Positions 29,060 through 40,048 of a stretch of 64,000 nucleotides of DNA are shown here, piece by piece. The stretch comes from Callorhinchus milii. Its lineage: Eukaryota. The notes under the pieces were generated by a model. It searched no databases. It was not told where the DNA came from and saw nothing but the letters and a program-made list of their open reading frames with translations. The DNA lies in the NCBI RefSeq assembly GCF_018977255.1, contig NW_024704743.1, positions 49,416,001-49,480,000 of the forward strand, written 5' to 3'. A program made the position numbers and the translations under genes. Each line of letters starts with the position of its first letter. Position 1 is the stretch's first letter.

Positions 29060-29348
29060 CACTGGGCAATGGGTTCCTTACACATATAGCGCTATAGGTA
29101 CTCTATATACACACACACACATACACACACACACACATAGGGCAATGGGTACCCTATACACACACACACACACATAGGGCAATGGGTACCCTATACATAC
29201 ACACACACACACAGGGCAATGGGTACCCTACACACACACATAGGGCAATGGGTACCCTACACCCACACACTCGGGCAGTGGGTGCCCTGCACACACTCGG
29301 GCAGTGGGTGCCCTGCACACACTCGGGCAGTGGGTGCCCTGCACATAC
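29060..29348. repeat. Minisatellite abutting the BCL2 splice donor (3 near-perfect 26-bp units 29271-29348 plus diverged CA-expanded units)
   Basis: TCGGGCAGTGGGTGCCCTGCACACAC x3, grading into AGGGCAATGGGTACCCTA(CA)n. Confidence 0.95.
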
Positions 29349-29828
29349 CCAGTCTCCATTGGCGCTGATCCAGTTGGCCAGGCTGCTGTCCAGGTAGGCG
29401 GTCATCCAGGCGGCGATGCTGTCCACCAGCGGGGCCATGTCCCTCCTCTTGCAGCTCTCCACGCACAAGGTGCCGCCGAAGACGAAGAAAGCCACGATGC
29501 GGCCCCAGTTGATCCCATCTCGGAACAGCTCCTCGGCCACAGCGTCGAAGCGGCTGCGGGCGCCGTCCGGCTCAAAGCGCATCTGCAGCGCGATGTCGGC
29601 GAACTCCTGCTGGTACTGCCGCTCGAAGCTGTCGCCCACCTCCCGCAGGACACGGTGCAGCTTCTCCAGGGCGGCCGAGGCGGGGGCGGGGGCCGGGGCC
29701 GGGGCCGGGGGGGTGCTGGTGTGCGGGGAGTCGGCAGCGCTGCCCAGAGCCTCCTCCCACACATAGCCGTGCCGGGACACACGGTAATACAGGTAGTGAA
29801 ACACCAGCTCACGGCTCTCGTAGGACAT
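29349..29828 (-). CDS. BCL2: Apoptosis regulator Bcl-2, main coding exon (160 codons; BH4, loop, BH3, BH1, first part of BH2)
   Basis: ATG at 29828 in GCAGCCATG context. Translation MSYESRELVFHYLYYRVSRHGYVW (BH4)...LREVGDSFERQY (BH3)...ELFRDGINWGRIVAFFVFGG (BH1)...WISANGDW. A phase-0 donor TGG|GTATGT follows at 29348, the intron position known from BCL2/BCL2L1. The position downstream of KDSR on the same strand matches BCL2 synteny. Confidence 0.93.
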
Positions 29829-29873
29829 GGCTGCAAACCAGCCCCGGAGACCAGTCAGCAAACACTTCCCAAC

Positions 29874-29891
29874 TCAGCACCAGCACAGCAT
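29874..29891 (-). other. Short upstream ORF (MLCWC*) in putative BCL2 5' leader
   Basis: AGG ATG CTG TGC TGG TGC TGA; A at -3; stop ends 45 nt before the BCL2 ATG. Confidence 0.5.
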
Positions 29892-29907
29892 CCTCACCCA
29901 CCACAGC

Positions 29908-30162
29908 CTCTCTCTGTCTGTCTGTCTGTCCGTCTCTCTGTCTGTCTCTCTGTCTCTCTCTCTCGATTTCTCTCTTTCTCTCTCTGTCTCTCTCTCTCTC
30001 TTCTCTTCTTTCTCTCTTTCCCTCCTTTCTCTTCACACACACACACACGCACACACAAACCTGGTGGCAAATACCAAGCTCGTCCAAAACAAACCCAAAC
30101 TCTTCCAATCCCCAAACTAAAACAATATATATATATGTATTATATATATATATATATATATG
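29908..30162. repeat. Microsatellite cluster (CT/CTGT, CA, TA) upstream of the BCL2 ATG
   Basis: Directly visible dinucleotide and tetranucleotide runs. Confidence 0.9.
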
Positions 30163-30854
30163 TATTGAAAGGAGTAAAGTGTTAGGCTTTTTTTTTTGGG
30201 AGGGAATCTCTTGCTGTGGTCCGGTTTAGCTGAGCTCGAGGTCTCCAAACACCATCCTTTCCTTCCTCCCCCCCACCCCCACCCCCACCCCACCCACACC
30301 TCTCTCACCTTCTCTTTTAAAACATCCCCGGTTTTCCTTTCGGAAGGAAAGGGGAAAAAAAAAACAAAATTCCCGGTAAAATGCCCTCTCGGTTTTGAGA
30401 GCGGTCGGGATCAAAGGAAGATTGCTCCGGTTTCCTCCTCCTGTGGCTCTCGGTGTACATCCAAAGCCTTGTCCTTTGGCTGCAAATCGCTCTTCTTCAA
30501 CTGCACAATTTCTCAACCCCCCACTTGGCTCTCTATGTGCGAGTCTCCAGCATCGCTGTAGCATTGAACCATCAGCTCCTTCAGAAAGAGACAGAGAGAA
30601 GAAAATCAGCTCCACCGAGTTACACATATACTGTATGTATATATATATATATATAAGCGAGAGAGAGAGAGAGAGAGCGCCTCCCTCTCTGCTACACAAG
30701 GATGAGGGTTTGGTTTCCAGGCTGAGCTGCTGGGACAGGACAGGCTCTTACTGCAGTTGCTGGTAACCTCAGGTGGTCGCGACTCCAGCAGCGAGTTACT
30801 CAATCACTCACTCACTCAGTCAGTGACTGAGCTGCTCCCGCGCTCTGGTTTCTC

Positions 30855-33100
30855 TCCCTCCCCTTTCACACACCCCCTCCCTCCCCACACACACCCCTCC
30901 TCCCCACACACACCCCTCCCTCCCCACACACACCCCTCCCTCCCCACACACACCCCTCCCTCCCCACACACACCCTCTCCCTCCCCACACACACTCCCTC
31001 CCCACACACACTCCCTCCCTCTCCTTCCACACACCCCTCCCTCCCCACACACACTCCTCCCTCTCCTTCCACACACCCCTCCCTCCCCACACACACTCCT
31101 CCCTCCCACACACACTCCTCCCTCCACCACACCCCTCTCCCACACACCCCCTCCCTCCCCACACACACCCCTCCCTCCCCACACACACCCCTCCCTCCCC
31201 ACACCCCTCCCCCACACACCCCCTCCCCCCCACACACACTCCCTCCCTCCCTTCCACACACCCCTCCCTCCCCACACACACCCCTCCCTCCCACACACAC
31301 CCCCTCCCTCCCACACACACTCCCTCCCTCCCCACACACACCCCTCCTCCCCACACACTCCCTCCCCCCACACACACCCCTCCCTCCCACACACACTCCT
31401 CCCTCCCTTCCACACACCCCCCTCCCTCCCACACACACCCCTCCCTCCCACACACACTCCCTCCTTCCCCTTCCACACACCCCCTCCCTTCCCACACACA
31501 CCCCCTCCCTTCCCACACCCCCTCCCTCCCACACCCCCTCCCCACACACACCCCTCCTCCCACACACACCCCTCCCTCCCCTTCCACACACCCCTCCCTC
31601 CCCACACACACCCCCTCCCTCCCACACACACTCCCTCCCTCCCCACACACCCCTCCCTCCCCACACACACCCTCCCTCCCACACACACACCCTCCCTCCC
31701 CACACACACACCCTCCCTCCCTTCCACACACCCCTCCCTCCCCACACACACCCCCTCCCTCCCTTCCACACACCCCTCCCTCCACACACACTCCTCCCTC
31801 TCCTTCCACACACCCCTCCTCCACACACACACCCCCTCCCTCCCACACACACCCCCTCCCTCCACACACCCCCTCCCTCCCCACACACACTCCCTCCTCT
31901 CCTTCCACACACCCCCTCCCTCCCTCCCCACACACACCCCCTCCCTCCCTTCCACACACCCCCTCCCTCCCCACACACACTCCCTCCCTCCCCACACCCC
32001 CCTCCCTCCCCACACACACCCCCTCCCTCCCCACACACACTCCTCCCTCCCCACACACACTCCCTCCCTCCCTCCCCACACACACTCCTCCCTCTCCTTC
32101 CACACACCCCCTCCCTCCCCGCACACACTCCCTCCTCCCACACCACACTCCCTCCCTCTCCTTCCACACACCCCTCCCTCCCACACACACTCCCTCCCTC
32201 CCTTCCACACACTCCCTCCTCCCCTTCCACACACCCCCTCCCACACACACCCCCTCCCTCCCTTCCACACACCCCTCCCCTTCCACACACCCCCTCCTCC
32301 CACACACACTCCTCCCTCCCCACACCACCCCCTCCCTCCCCACACACACTCCCTCCCTCCCTTCCACACACCCTCCCTCCCCTTCCACACACCCCTCCCT
32401 CCCCACACACTCCCTCCCCTTTCACACACCCCTCCTCCCTTCCACACACCCTCCTCCCCACACACCCCTCCCTCCCTTCACACACCCTCTCCCTCCACAC
32501 ACACCCCCTCCCTCCACACACCCCCTCCCTCCACACACAGCCCTCCTCCCACANNNNNNNNNNNNNNNNNNNNNNNNNCCCCCTCCCTCCCTCCACCCCC
32601 CCTCCCGCCCGCCTCCCTCCCTGCCCTGCCCTCCCTGCCCCCTCCCTCCCTCCCCCCCCCCCTCCCCCCCCTACCCCCTCCCTCCCTGCCCACCCCCCTC
32701 CTGCTCCCCCCCCCCCTCCCTGCCCCCCTCCCTCCCTTCCCTCCCTACCTCCCTCCCTCCCTGCCCGCCTGCCCTCCCTCCCCCCCCCCCCCCCCTCCCT
32801 CCCTGCCCGCCTGCCCTGCCCTCCCTTCCTCCCTCCCTGCCCGCCTGCCCTCCCTCCCTGCCCGCCTGCCCCTCCCTCCCTCCCCTACCCTCCCTCCCTG
32901 CCCGCCTGCCCTCCCCTCCCTCCCTACCCTCCCTCCCTGCCCGCCTGCCCTCCCTCCCTACCCTCCCTCCCTACTCTCCCTCCCTGCCCTCCTTCCCTGC
33001 TCTGCCCTCCCTCCCTGCCCTCCCTCCCTACCCGCTCTGCCCTCCCTACCCTACCCTCCCTCCCTGCCCGGCTGCCTGCCCTCCCTGCCCGCCCTCCCTG
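30855..33100. repeat. ~2.2 kb C-rich (plus) / G-rich (minus) low-complexity tandem tract with a 25-N assembly gap at 32554-32578
   Basis: Units such as CCCCTCCCTCCCCACACACA before the gap and CCCTCCCTGCC after it. Confidence 0.97.
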
Positions 33101-33600
33101 CTGCTCTCAGCCAGTCTGGCAGCTCCCGGCGCTGCACAAGCCCTTGCCATTCTCACCCTGTGCTCCTCATTTTCTCCCCCACAGCCCTCACGCAATTTCC
33201 TGTGCGTCAGTGTTTGCTTTGCGCAGCGAAACATACTTTCATTCACGAAAAAATCTCTTCTCAGTTGCACCGAAACCCCCAGAGGAGGGAGAGGGTGAGG
33301 AGGCGCCAAGTCTGCACACGCGGGGTCTGGTCTGGAACTGGGACCGTGACTTCCCCCCACTTTTTTTTTCTCTCTCTCCCGGTGATTGGCAATGCAGAGA
33401 ATTCACACCATCGTCGGAGCCCAAATAATAATAATAATAATAATAATAATTCTTGCATCTGAAGATGTTTTCGTTTTTCGCGTCCAAAGTCAATGCGTTC
33501 CTTACGTTGCGGGGTTTGGAAGTGGTGCGTGGATTAAGTTTAACGGGTGGTGTTTACGGGGAAGGGGAAAATCACGCGTTACATTGGTGAATTGAGAAAG
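33100..33600 (-). promoter_or_regulatory. CpG-enriched segment, candidate distal BCL2 promoter
   Basis: Locally CpG-rich in an otherwise CpG-poor window; CCAAT on the minus strand at 33385-33389 and 33583-33587; GGAAGT and TTTCGCG motifs nearby. Confidence 0.3.
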
Positions 33601-34494
33601 TATTTTACATGATCTCCTGCCCCAGGGGACTTGGGTGATAAAATGCACCAGAGGAAAGGTCCCTGTGAAATGTGACTGTTGTCCTCTTTAAGAATCTCTC
33701 TCCTCACTCTCCAGTGGAATCGCAGCCCAAATTTCACCTTCTAATGATTTTTTTTTGTTTAAAAAGTTGGCGATCGTTCTCCCCCCAAATTTTCACGCCT
33801 CGAGATATTTTTGCACTTTGGTGCCCAGAGTTTCACCCACAAAATGCAGTCAATTCACTTTACGCTACATTCTGCGAAGGGCTTATCGACAACATGATAA
33901 GGCAAGGATTATTATTTGTTATAACACGAGGGGGCCAGCGCAACCGAGCTCTTATCAGATTCACACACACACACACATCTTCCAACAAGAGCATCTGAAT
34001 AGCAATCGGTCAGAAAGGAACCTTTCCTGATGTATCCCTCTATAATCCAAGCACACCAAAGTCATCATGTGGGCTGCTGCTGCCCTGACTGATATCAGCT
34101 CAGTGCAGGATTTGAACCTGTGACCTGCTGGTCAGCGTGGTCACACAGTACCAGATGGCGTCTTTATAGATAAAAGCTCCATTCTCTTCTTTTCAATTGA
34201 GTCATTAAATTTGGGTTCCGCCTGCCTTGAAGTCAGGTGAGAGACCTTGCTCTATTTCAAAGAAAACTGGAGTGTTCATGCATGCAATCTTGCTTTATCC
34301 AAATCCCTTCTCATCCAAATTAACGCCCAAATTGAATTAATTGCTTACATTCACCTACAAAATAGACATTACAGAAAACACTACAGAAAATTCTGTGAAG
34401 ATCTTTGAAAACACTTTGACAATGTATAAGTTATATATAAATGCAAGGATTATTATTACATTCCTCATCTCATTGTTGTTTGTGGGATGTTGTA

Positions 34495-34865
34495 AATAAA
34501 TAATCCTTGTTTTTCCAATAGCACCTTTCATATCAGGAGAATACCTCAAAGCATGTCACAGGATTTACTGTGGAGTGTATATTTTCTAGACTCAATTCAT
34601 CAGCCGCATGACTGTTCCTCAAACAGCAATGAAGTGGGCTCCCGTTTTTCAGATAACGCCATGAGATCTTTAATGTCCCCCTGAACAGACAGATATGACT
34701 TTGGTTTAACATCTCATCCAAAGGAAGGCACTTCTAACAATGCAGCACTTCATTGGAGCGTTAGTCTAGAATCTCTAGACTCTAAGTTCAAAGTCCCGAT
34801 GTGGGGCCTGAACCCACAACCTTCTGGCTCAGAAGTGACTGCTATCATCTGAGTCAGGCTGACAC
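34495..34865 (-). mobile_element. Older DeuSINE, diverged
   Basis: Similar to 2340-2752 and to the reverse complement of 52511-52905. Confidence 0.65.
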
Positions 34866-36769
34866 TTGTTTTGACTGTAATAGGGCAACTTAACTACCAC
34901 ATTTATCTCCATAACAACATTCACTTAATTTCTAATTCATCTCATTCTGTAAAGACTTTTGAGATTTCTTTTAATTGAAAGGTGTTCTTCTTTTACAGTT
35001 GCTGTATACAGTTCCTCAGTAAAAATATAGATAGAAGAGTAATAAAGGTGCTTATGGGCATTTGGCACAGCTCACGCTTCATTGTGGGTGTTGTGTAATA
35101 TTCCAAGTTATTTGTTTCTTAGATTACTGGTTAATAAATTATTACATATATAATGTAGCTGGTAGGTATATGGAAAGTAATCTAATCAAGAAGCTCAGAT
35201 AAAATAAATTGGTTGAGTGGCTTGTGACTGACATCTGAGCCTACAAGACTGGGAACTGCAACTGATCTTGGTATTCAGCATAATGAAGCATGGCACAGTG
35301 TTCCAGTATCACAATCATGCTTTGTTTTTAAAATCAGTGGTTTACTTGTTTGATCACACTGAATCCACAACCTGCAGAGGCAGAGACGAAAGTGTTACTA
35401 AGATAAGAAACCTACTTAATATATACAGTGTTTTAATATATGCATAGCTTATGTTTAGGTTGGAGTGCATTACAACATTGTAGATCCTCAAAGAATGCAG
35501 GTCGTTTATTCCAGCCTGTTTTATTCTATACATACAGGTGGTGTTCATGGGATGGGGAATTTATTGTAACTGTATTCTAAATTTATTTTCACCAAGAGCG
35601 AGTCTATAGCAGACACCAGATTTACATGATCAAATCATATCAACTTTAACTGTCACTGTAGCTTGTATTCTGAACTCAAGTATTTTCATGTTTTATTTCA
35701 TTGCATGATACAATGTGATTGTGCAGGCTCAGGGTTACCAGATATCACAGTGTGTCAGCTATTTCCGATTTACAACTGTGTGTCTGCTGGTGGCTGACAA
35801 CTCCTAACTCCACATCTCTGCTATTATCATTAATTCCAGGTCTTTCATGAGACTAAATCTCAGTTGCACAACCACATTGTCTCTTGAAACCCAAGCTAAA
35901 TTTTAAAACTCCACATCCAATGCATTGTTAAACCTGCTTTTTTCTATTATTAATAATAATTCTATCCTTGCATTTGATATTTATGGAGCCGTTCACACTT
36001 TTGCCTGACTGCTTAATCCTTTAACAACAAATAGAGGATATTGGGGGGAGGGATAAGAAATGCAAAGTAGATCAGGCTCTTGGCTCTGATACATTGCATC
36101 CCAGCATTCCAAAAGAATGGCTCAGGTCATTATTAATCCTTTTAGATACAATTCAGAATTCATGGCAGCAAATACACATCTCAAATGTGATTCTTTTTTC
36201 AAAAAAAGGGGCAGGTATAAGTCTAAAACTACATACCTGTAAGCCTTATAATACAGTAATAGTATGAAACAATAAGCAGAGGGAATCATCATAGGGTGGG
36301 TTAGTCCAAGACAGCCTTTAGATTGTCAGGACATGCTTACATTTATTGTTTACTTGGGAGAAGTTACAGTCCCAGTGGATAGGGATTGAGACAGTATGCT
36401 ATTTACCTGGATTTTAGAAAGGCACTAATGTTCCACATAATAGACATGCAACATAAGATTAAGGATTTTAAATTTATTAAACTAGATTAGCAAATAGTTA
36501 GTAGGAAGCAATAAACTATGGTGCATGGAGATCTATTCAACTGTGTCTGTGGTGTGTTGGGGACCACTGTTGGTTATAAATTTGATAAATCAATTGGAGA
36601 GGCAATACCTCCCTCCTCAAAAAACCCTCACTAAACTCATCCATGATCTCCAGCTACTGATCCATTTCCTACTTGTCTTGTTGTTGTTCCTCTCCAAAGT
36701 GCTAGAATTGGTCATTGACTCATTTGTCTCCCAGGTTCACTGCTTCCCTCTATCAAACCATCCAATCCA

Positions 36770-37275
36770 ATCTCTGCACTTACCTGGAACAAACTCCGTA
36801 CCCCCATCTCACCAGTTCTGGACAGTCTCCACTGGTTCCCCATCACCAAACTTATTGAATTCAATATCCTCACACTCGTGTTCAAATCCATTCACTCCCT
36901 GGAACCTCCTTACCTCTCCGACCTCCTCACTCCCCAATCCACCACCCGGCATCTCCACTAGACTGGCACCAGCCTCCTGCTCGTCCCTCGCACTATCCAG
37001 AGTTCTAGATGATCTACAGCCTGTGGAGGAAGGAGTTAGGGAGACAAGCAGGGAGTTTGCATACTCAAGCCGGGATGTTCGAGGGTTTCAGTGGCCTGCA
37101 GTGTGAGACAGTGGTGGAGCTGGGCGATATGCGGAGGTGGGGTAGGAAGGATAATTGAGGGTCAAACAAGATACCAAGGTTCTGGACTGGCTTAGTAAGG
37201 TGGGCTGTGCATCCTTGGATGGTGATGCTGAAAGCACCTGAGGCAGCCAATCAGGAGGGCCTCAGTCTTGTCCTC
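36770..37275. mobile_element. L2 fragments in opposite orientations
   Basis: Plus-strand LHWFP-like segment ~36790-36990; minus-strand NLGILFDPQLSF segment ~37060-37275. Confidence 0.7.
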
Positions 37276-37329
37276 TGAATAGGGTGCCCGAACACCGACG
37301 GGGCTAAAAAAGAGTTATCACTGATTACA

Positions 37330-38537
37330 TTTGACACGCAAACGTCACACCACTATTTAAGGAGGGTGGGAGAGAAAAGATGGGGAACTATAGACCAATG
37401 AGGCTGAGATCGGTGGTAGGAAAATTTCTAGAATTCTTAATTAAGGATGTCGTAGTGGGATACTTAAGAGGATCACAATATGATTAGACAGAGTCAACGT
37501 GGCTTTACAAAAGGGAAGTCATACTTAATAAATCTTTTAGATTTTTTTGAGGACATATCAAGTAGATTAGATAGGGGGGAATCAGTGGATGTAGTGTATT
37601 TAGATTTCCAAAGGCATTTGACAAGGTGCCACATAAAAGGTTGATCCATACGATTAGGGCCCATGGAATTAAGGGGAATATATTAGCATGGGTTGAAGAA
37701 TGGCTAACGGGAAGAAAACAAAGAGTAGGGATAAATGGGTCATTCTCAGATTGGCGGGATGTGACTAGTGGAGTGCCACAAGGATCAGTGCTTGGGCCTC
37801 AACTATTTACAATCTACATCAATGAGGACATCGAACTTAATATATCCAAATTCGCGGATGACACTAAACCAGGAGGGAGAGTAAACACCGAGGATGACAT
37901 TAAAAAAGTGCAATGAGATATAGATAGGCTACGTGAGTGGGCAAATAAGTGGCAGATGAAGTATAGTATAGGGAAATGTGAAGTCATCCACCTAGGTGGT
38001 AAAAACAGTAGAGCAAATTATTTTTAGAAGGGGAGAGACTTGATAGTGTAATCGTTCAGAAGGACTTGGGTGTCCTTGTACACCAGTCACAAAAAGTTAG
38101 TTTGCAGGTACAGGATAGGTTGAGCAATTTAGGCCTATATTCTCTATAATATAGAAGAATGAGGTGATTTTATAGAAACCTATAATATTATTAAGGGGCA
38201 TGACAGAGTAGATAGTGGGAGATTTTTTCCCTGGCTGGAGAAACTATAACCAGGGGTCACAGTCTTAAAATTAGGGGTAAGCCCTTTCACACTGAGTTGA
38301 GGAAAAACTTCTTCACTCAGAGGGTAGTGAATTTATGGAATTCTCTACCCCAAAGGGCTGTAGATGCTCAGTCCTTGAACATATTCAAGACTGAGATTGA
38401 TAGATTTCTTGTGGATAAAGGGATATGAGGATAAGGTGGGTAGGTGGAGTTAGAATAGATCAGCCATAATCTTATTGAATGGCGGGGCAGGCTCGAGGGG
38501 CCGAATGACCTACTCCTGCACCTAATTCTTATGTTCT
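37330..38537 (+). mobile_element. CR1-type LINE 3' fragment, degenerate RT
   Basis: VPHKRL...GVPQGSVLGPQLFTIYIN...KFADDTK; CR1-like 3' end GGCCGAATGACCTACTCCTGCACCTAATTCTTATGTTCTT. Confidence 0.92.
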
Positions 38538-39754
38538 TAAAAAGTAAATGGCACTAAAACACAATAAATGCATTTATAAAGACCTTGTCCTTTTATTGCA
38601 CCCATATAACATTGAAAAGTCTTAAAAGTACAACAATCACTCCGAGTAATCACTGTCAAATATAGTGACCAGATTTGTAGGCAAACACAGCAGCCATTTG
38701 GACTTGGAAATTTCCAATCAGCCATGAGGTAAATTACCAATTAATACGAGAGAAACTGCCTTCTCTGGTCAAATAACATAATGGGATATTTAATATCCAC
38801 CTGAACAAACAGATGTTTCTTGGGTAATAATCTCATCCATATTATTTACAACTCTGGTTTTAGAATATATGGTAGTTTGAAAAAAAAACGTCATAGTATA
38901 TATCTTATATGAACACAGGATTTTATTTTAATAGAGTATAATTCACTTACTCATATAGCATCATTGCAAAAAATTCTGTTCTGAGCATCAAAAAGCAGAT
39001 CAGGAACTATTAAACAAAGGCAATGTGCAATGTCTCCACCTGCTGGCTAAATATAAACTGGTTTCAATAAGATGGAACAAGGGTTGCCTCCTAACATCAT
39101 GCCAAGTGGTCTCGTCTGGTTGGCAATTCCTTCAATAGTGTTTTTTTCCTGATATTGTGACCGTTTGTAATTTAGGTCCAGCTTGTTTTTCTTAAATGCA
39201 AAAAATTCTACCTCAATTCTTTTTAATGTGGGTGGGCAGAGAACATTAATAGATTAGGAAGCTTGCTGAAAAACTTAAGATTTTTTAACAACAGCTTCTT
39301 TCAAGGTTTACAAGAAATTGTGAACTAGGGAAATGGACACCTTATCAAACTTCACAGATAAGGAAATTAGTATGTAAATGATTATAAAAGCATCAGTTGA
39401 GTTTAACATAAGTGTACTTCCTTGATCCAATCATCAAGCCAATAACAACCATCAGAAAAAAAAATGCAACATTAACATGAAAAGGAGCCGTCACAACCCT
39501 GCAAAAGATGGCAGTGTTGTTGATCTGATGCATCAATTGGCCATTGTGTTAGTCTACAAGCAGTCATTACTTTTTACAGCACATCCTACAAAGCACTAGG
39601 GAGGACATTCGCTTGACATGAAATGTGCTGTCACTTGAAAGGTTACTGTCCCATAAGACACCATGAAATCACTGGTATTGCAGCCATACCCGTAATACAA
39701 ACATTTGAAAAAAATTAATAGATTGAGTAAAATGATTTGCTATTTCTGACTCTT

Positions 39755-39960
39755 GGGGGTCCTGTAGCTAAGTGGTTAGTGACTCTCCTCGCAAGCAAGA
39801 GACCTGGGCTCTATTCCCGGCAGGGCGAAACGTTAGGCAAGTTTCCTTACTCCATATGCCTGTTTACCCAGCAGAAAATAGGAACCTGGTTGTTAGTCGA
39901 TTGGCGGATCACTTTTCCGGGGGTAATAATCCCTTAAAGATAAATAACAATTTGGTCACT
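39755..39960 (+). mobile_element. tRNA SINE long form, 3'-truncated
   Basis: Head and internal segment present; Deu core and tail missing. Confidence 0.85.
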
Positions 39961-40037
39961 TTATTAAGTTTATTAAGAAAGTTTATTATAATTTTAACCA
40001 ATTTAAATAAAGTTACCACAATGAAAAGCATCCAATA

Positions 40038-40048
40038 TTTATTTTATT
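40038..40048 (-). terminator. Candidate KDSR distal polyadenylation signal (overlapping AATAAAATAAA)
   Basis: Plus-strand tttattttatt gives two overlapping AATAAA on the minus strand, at the end of a ~5.2 kb stretch downstream of the KDSR stop with no recognised SINE/LINE. Confidence 0.4.

Larger units (their letters stand above)
1..29348 (-). other. BCL2: Large BCL2 intron following the main coding exon (continues beyond window start)
   Basis: Begins at donor GTATGT (29348). No DAFVELY-like BH2/transmembrane exon recognised in 1-29348; content is repeats and AT-rich non-coding DNA. This intron is known to be very long in BCL2. Confidence 0.75.

Noticed and set aside
29829..29861. N-terminal extension of BCL2 given in the ORF track (MLTGLRGWFAA)
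   Set aside because: Starts at a non-ATG codon; the ATG at 29828 has good context and aligns with the BH4 start
29304..30185. 293-aa plus-strand ORF and other frames overlapping BCL2
   Set aside because: Shadow ORFs of a GC-rich exon plus microsatellites
30757..33462. 901-aa Pro/His/Thr-rich ORF and the 528-576 aa Gly/Val/Cys-rich antisense ORFs
   Set aside because: Stop-free frames produced by low-complexity C-rich repeats spanning an N gap; no domain content
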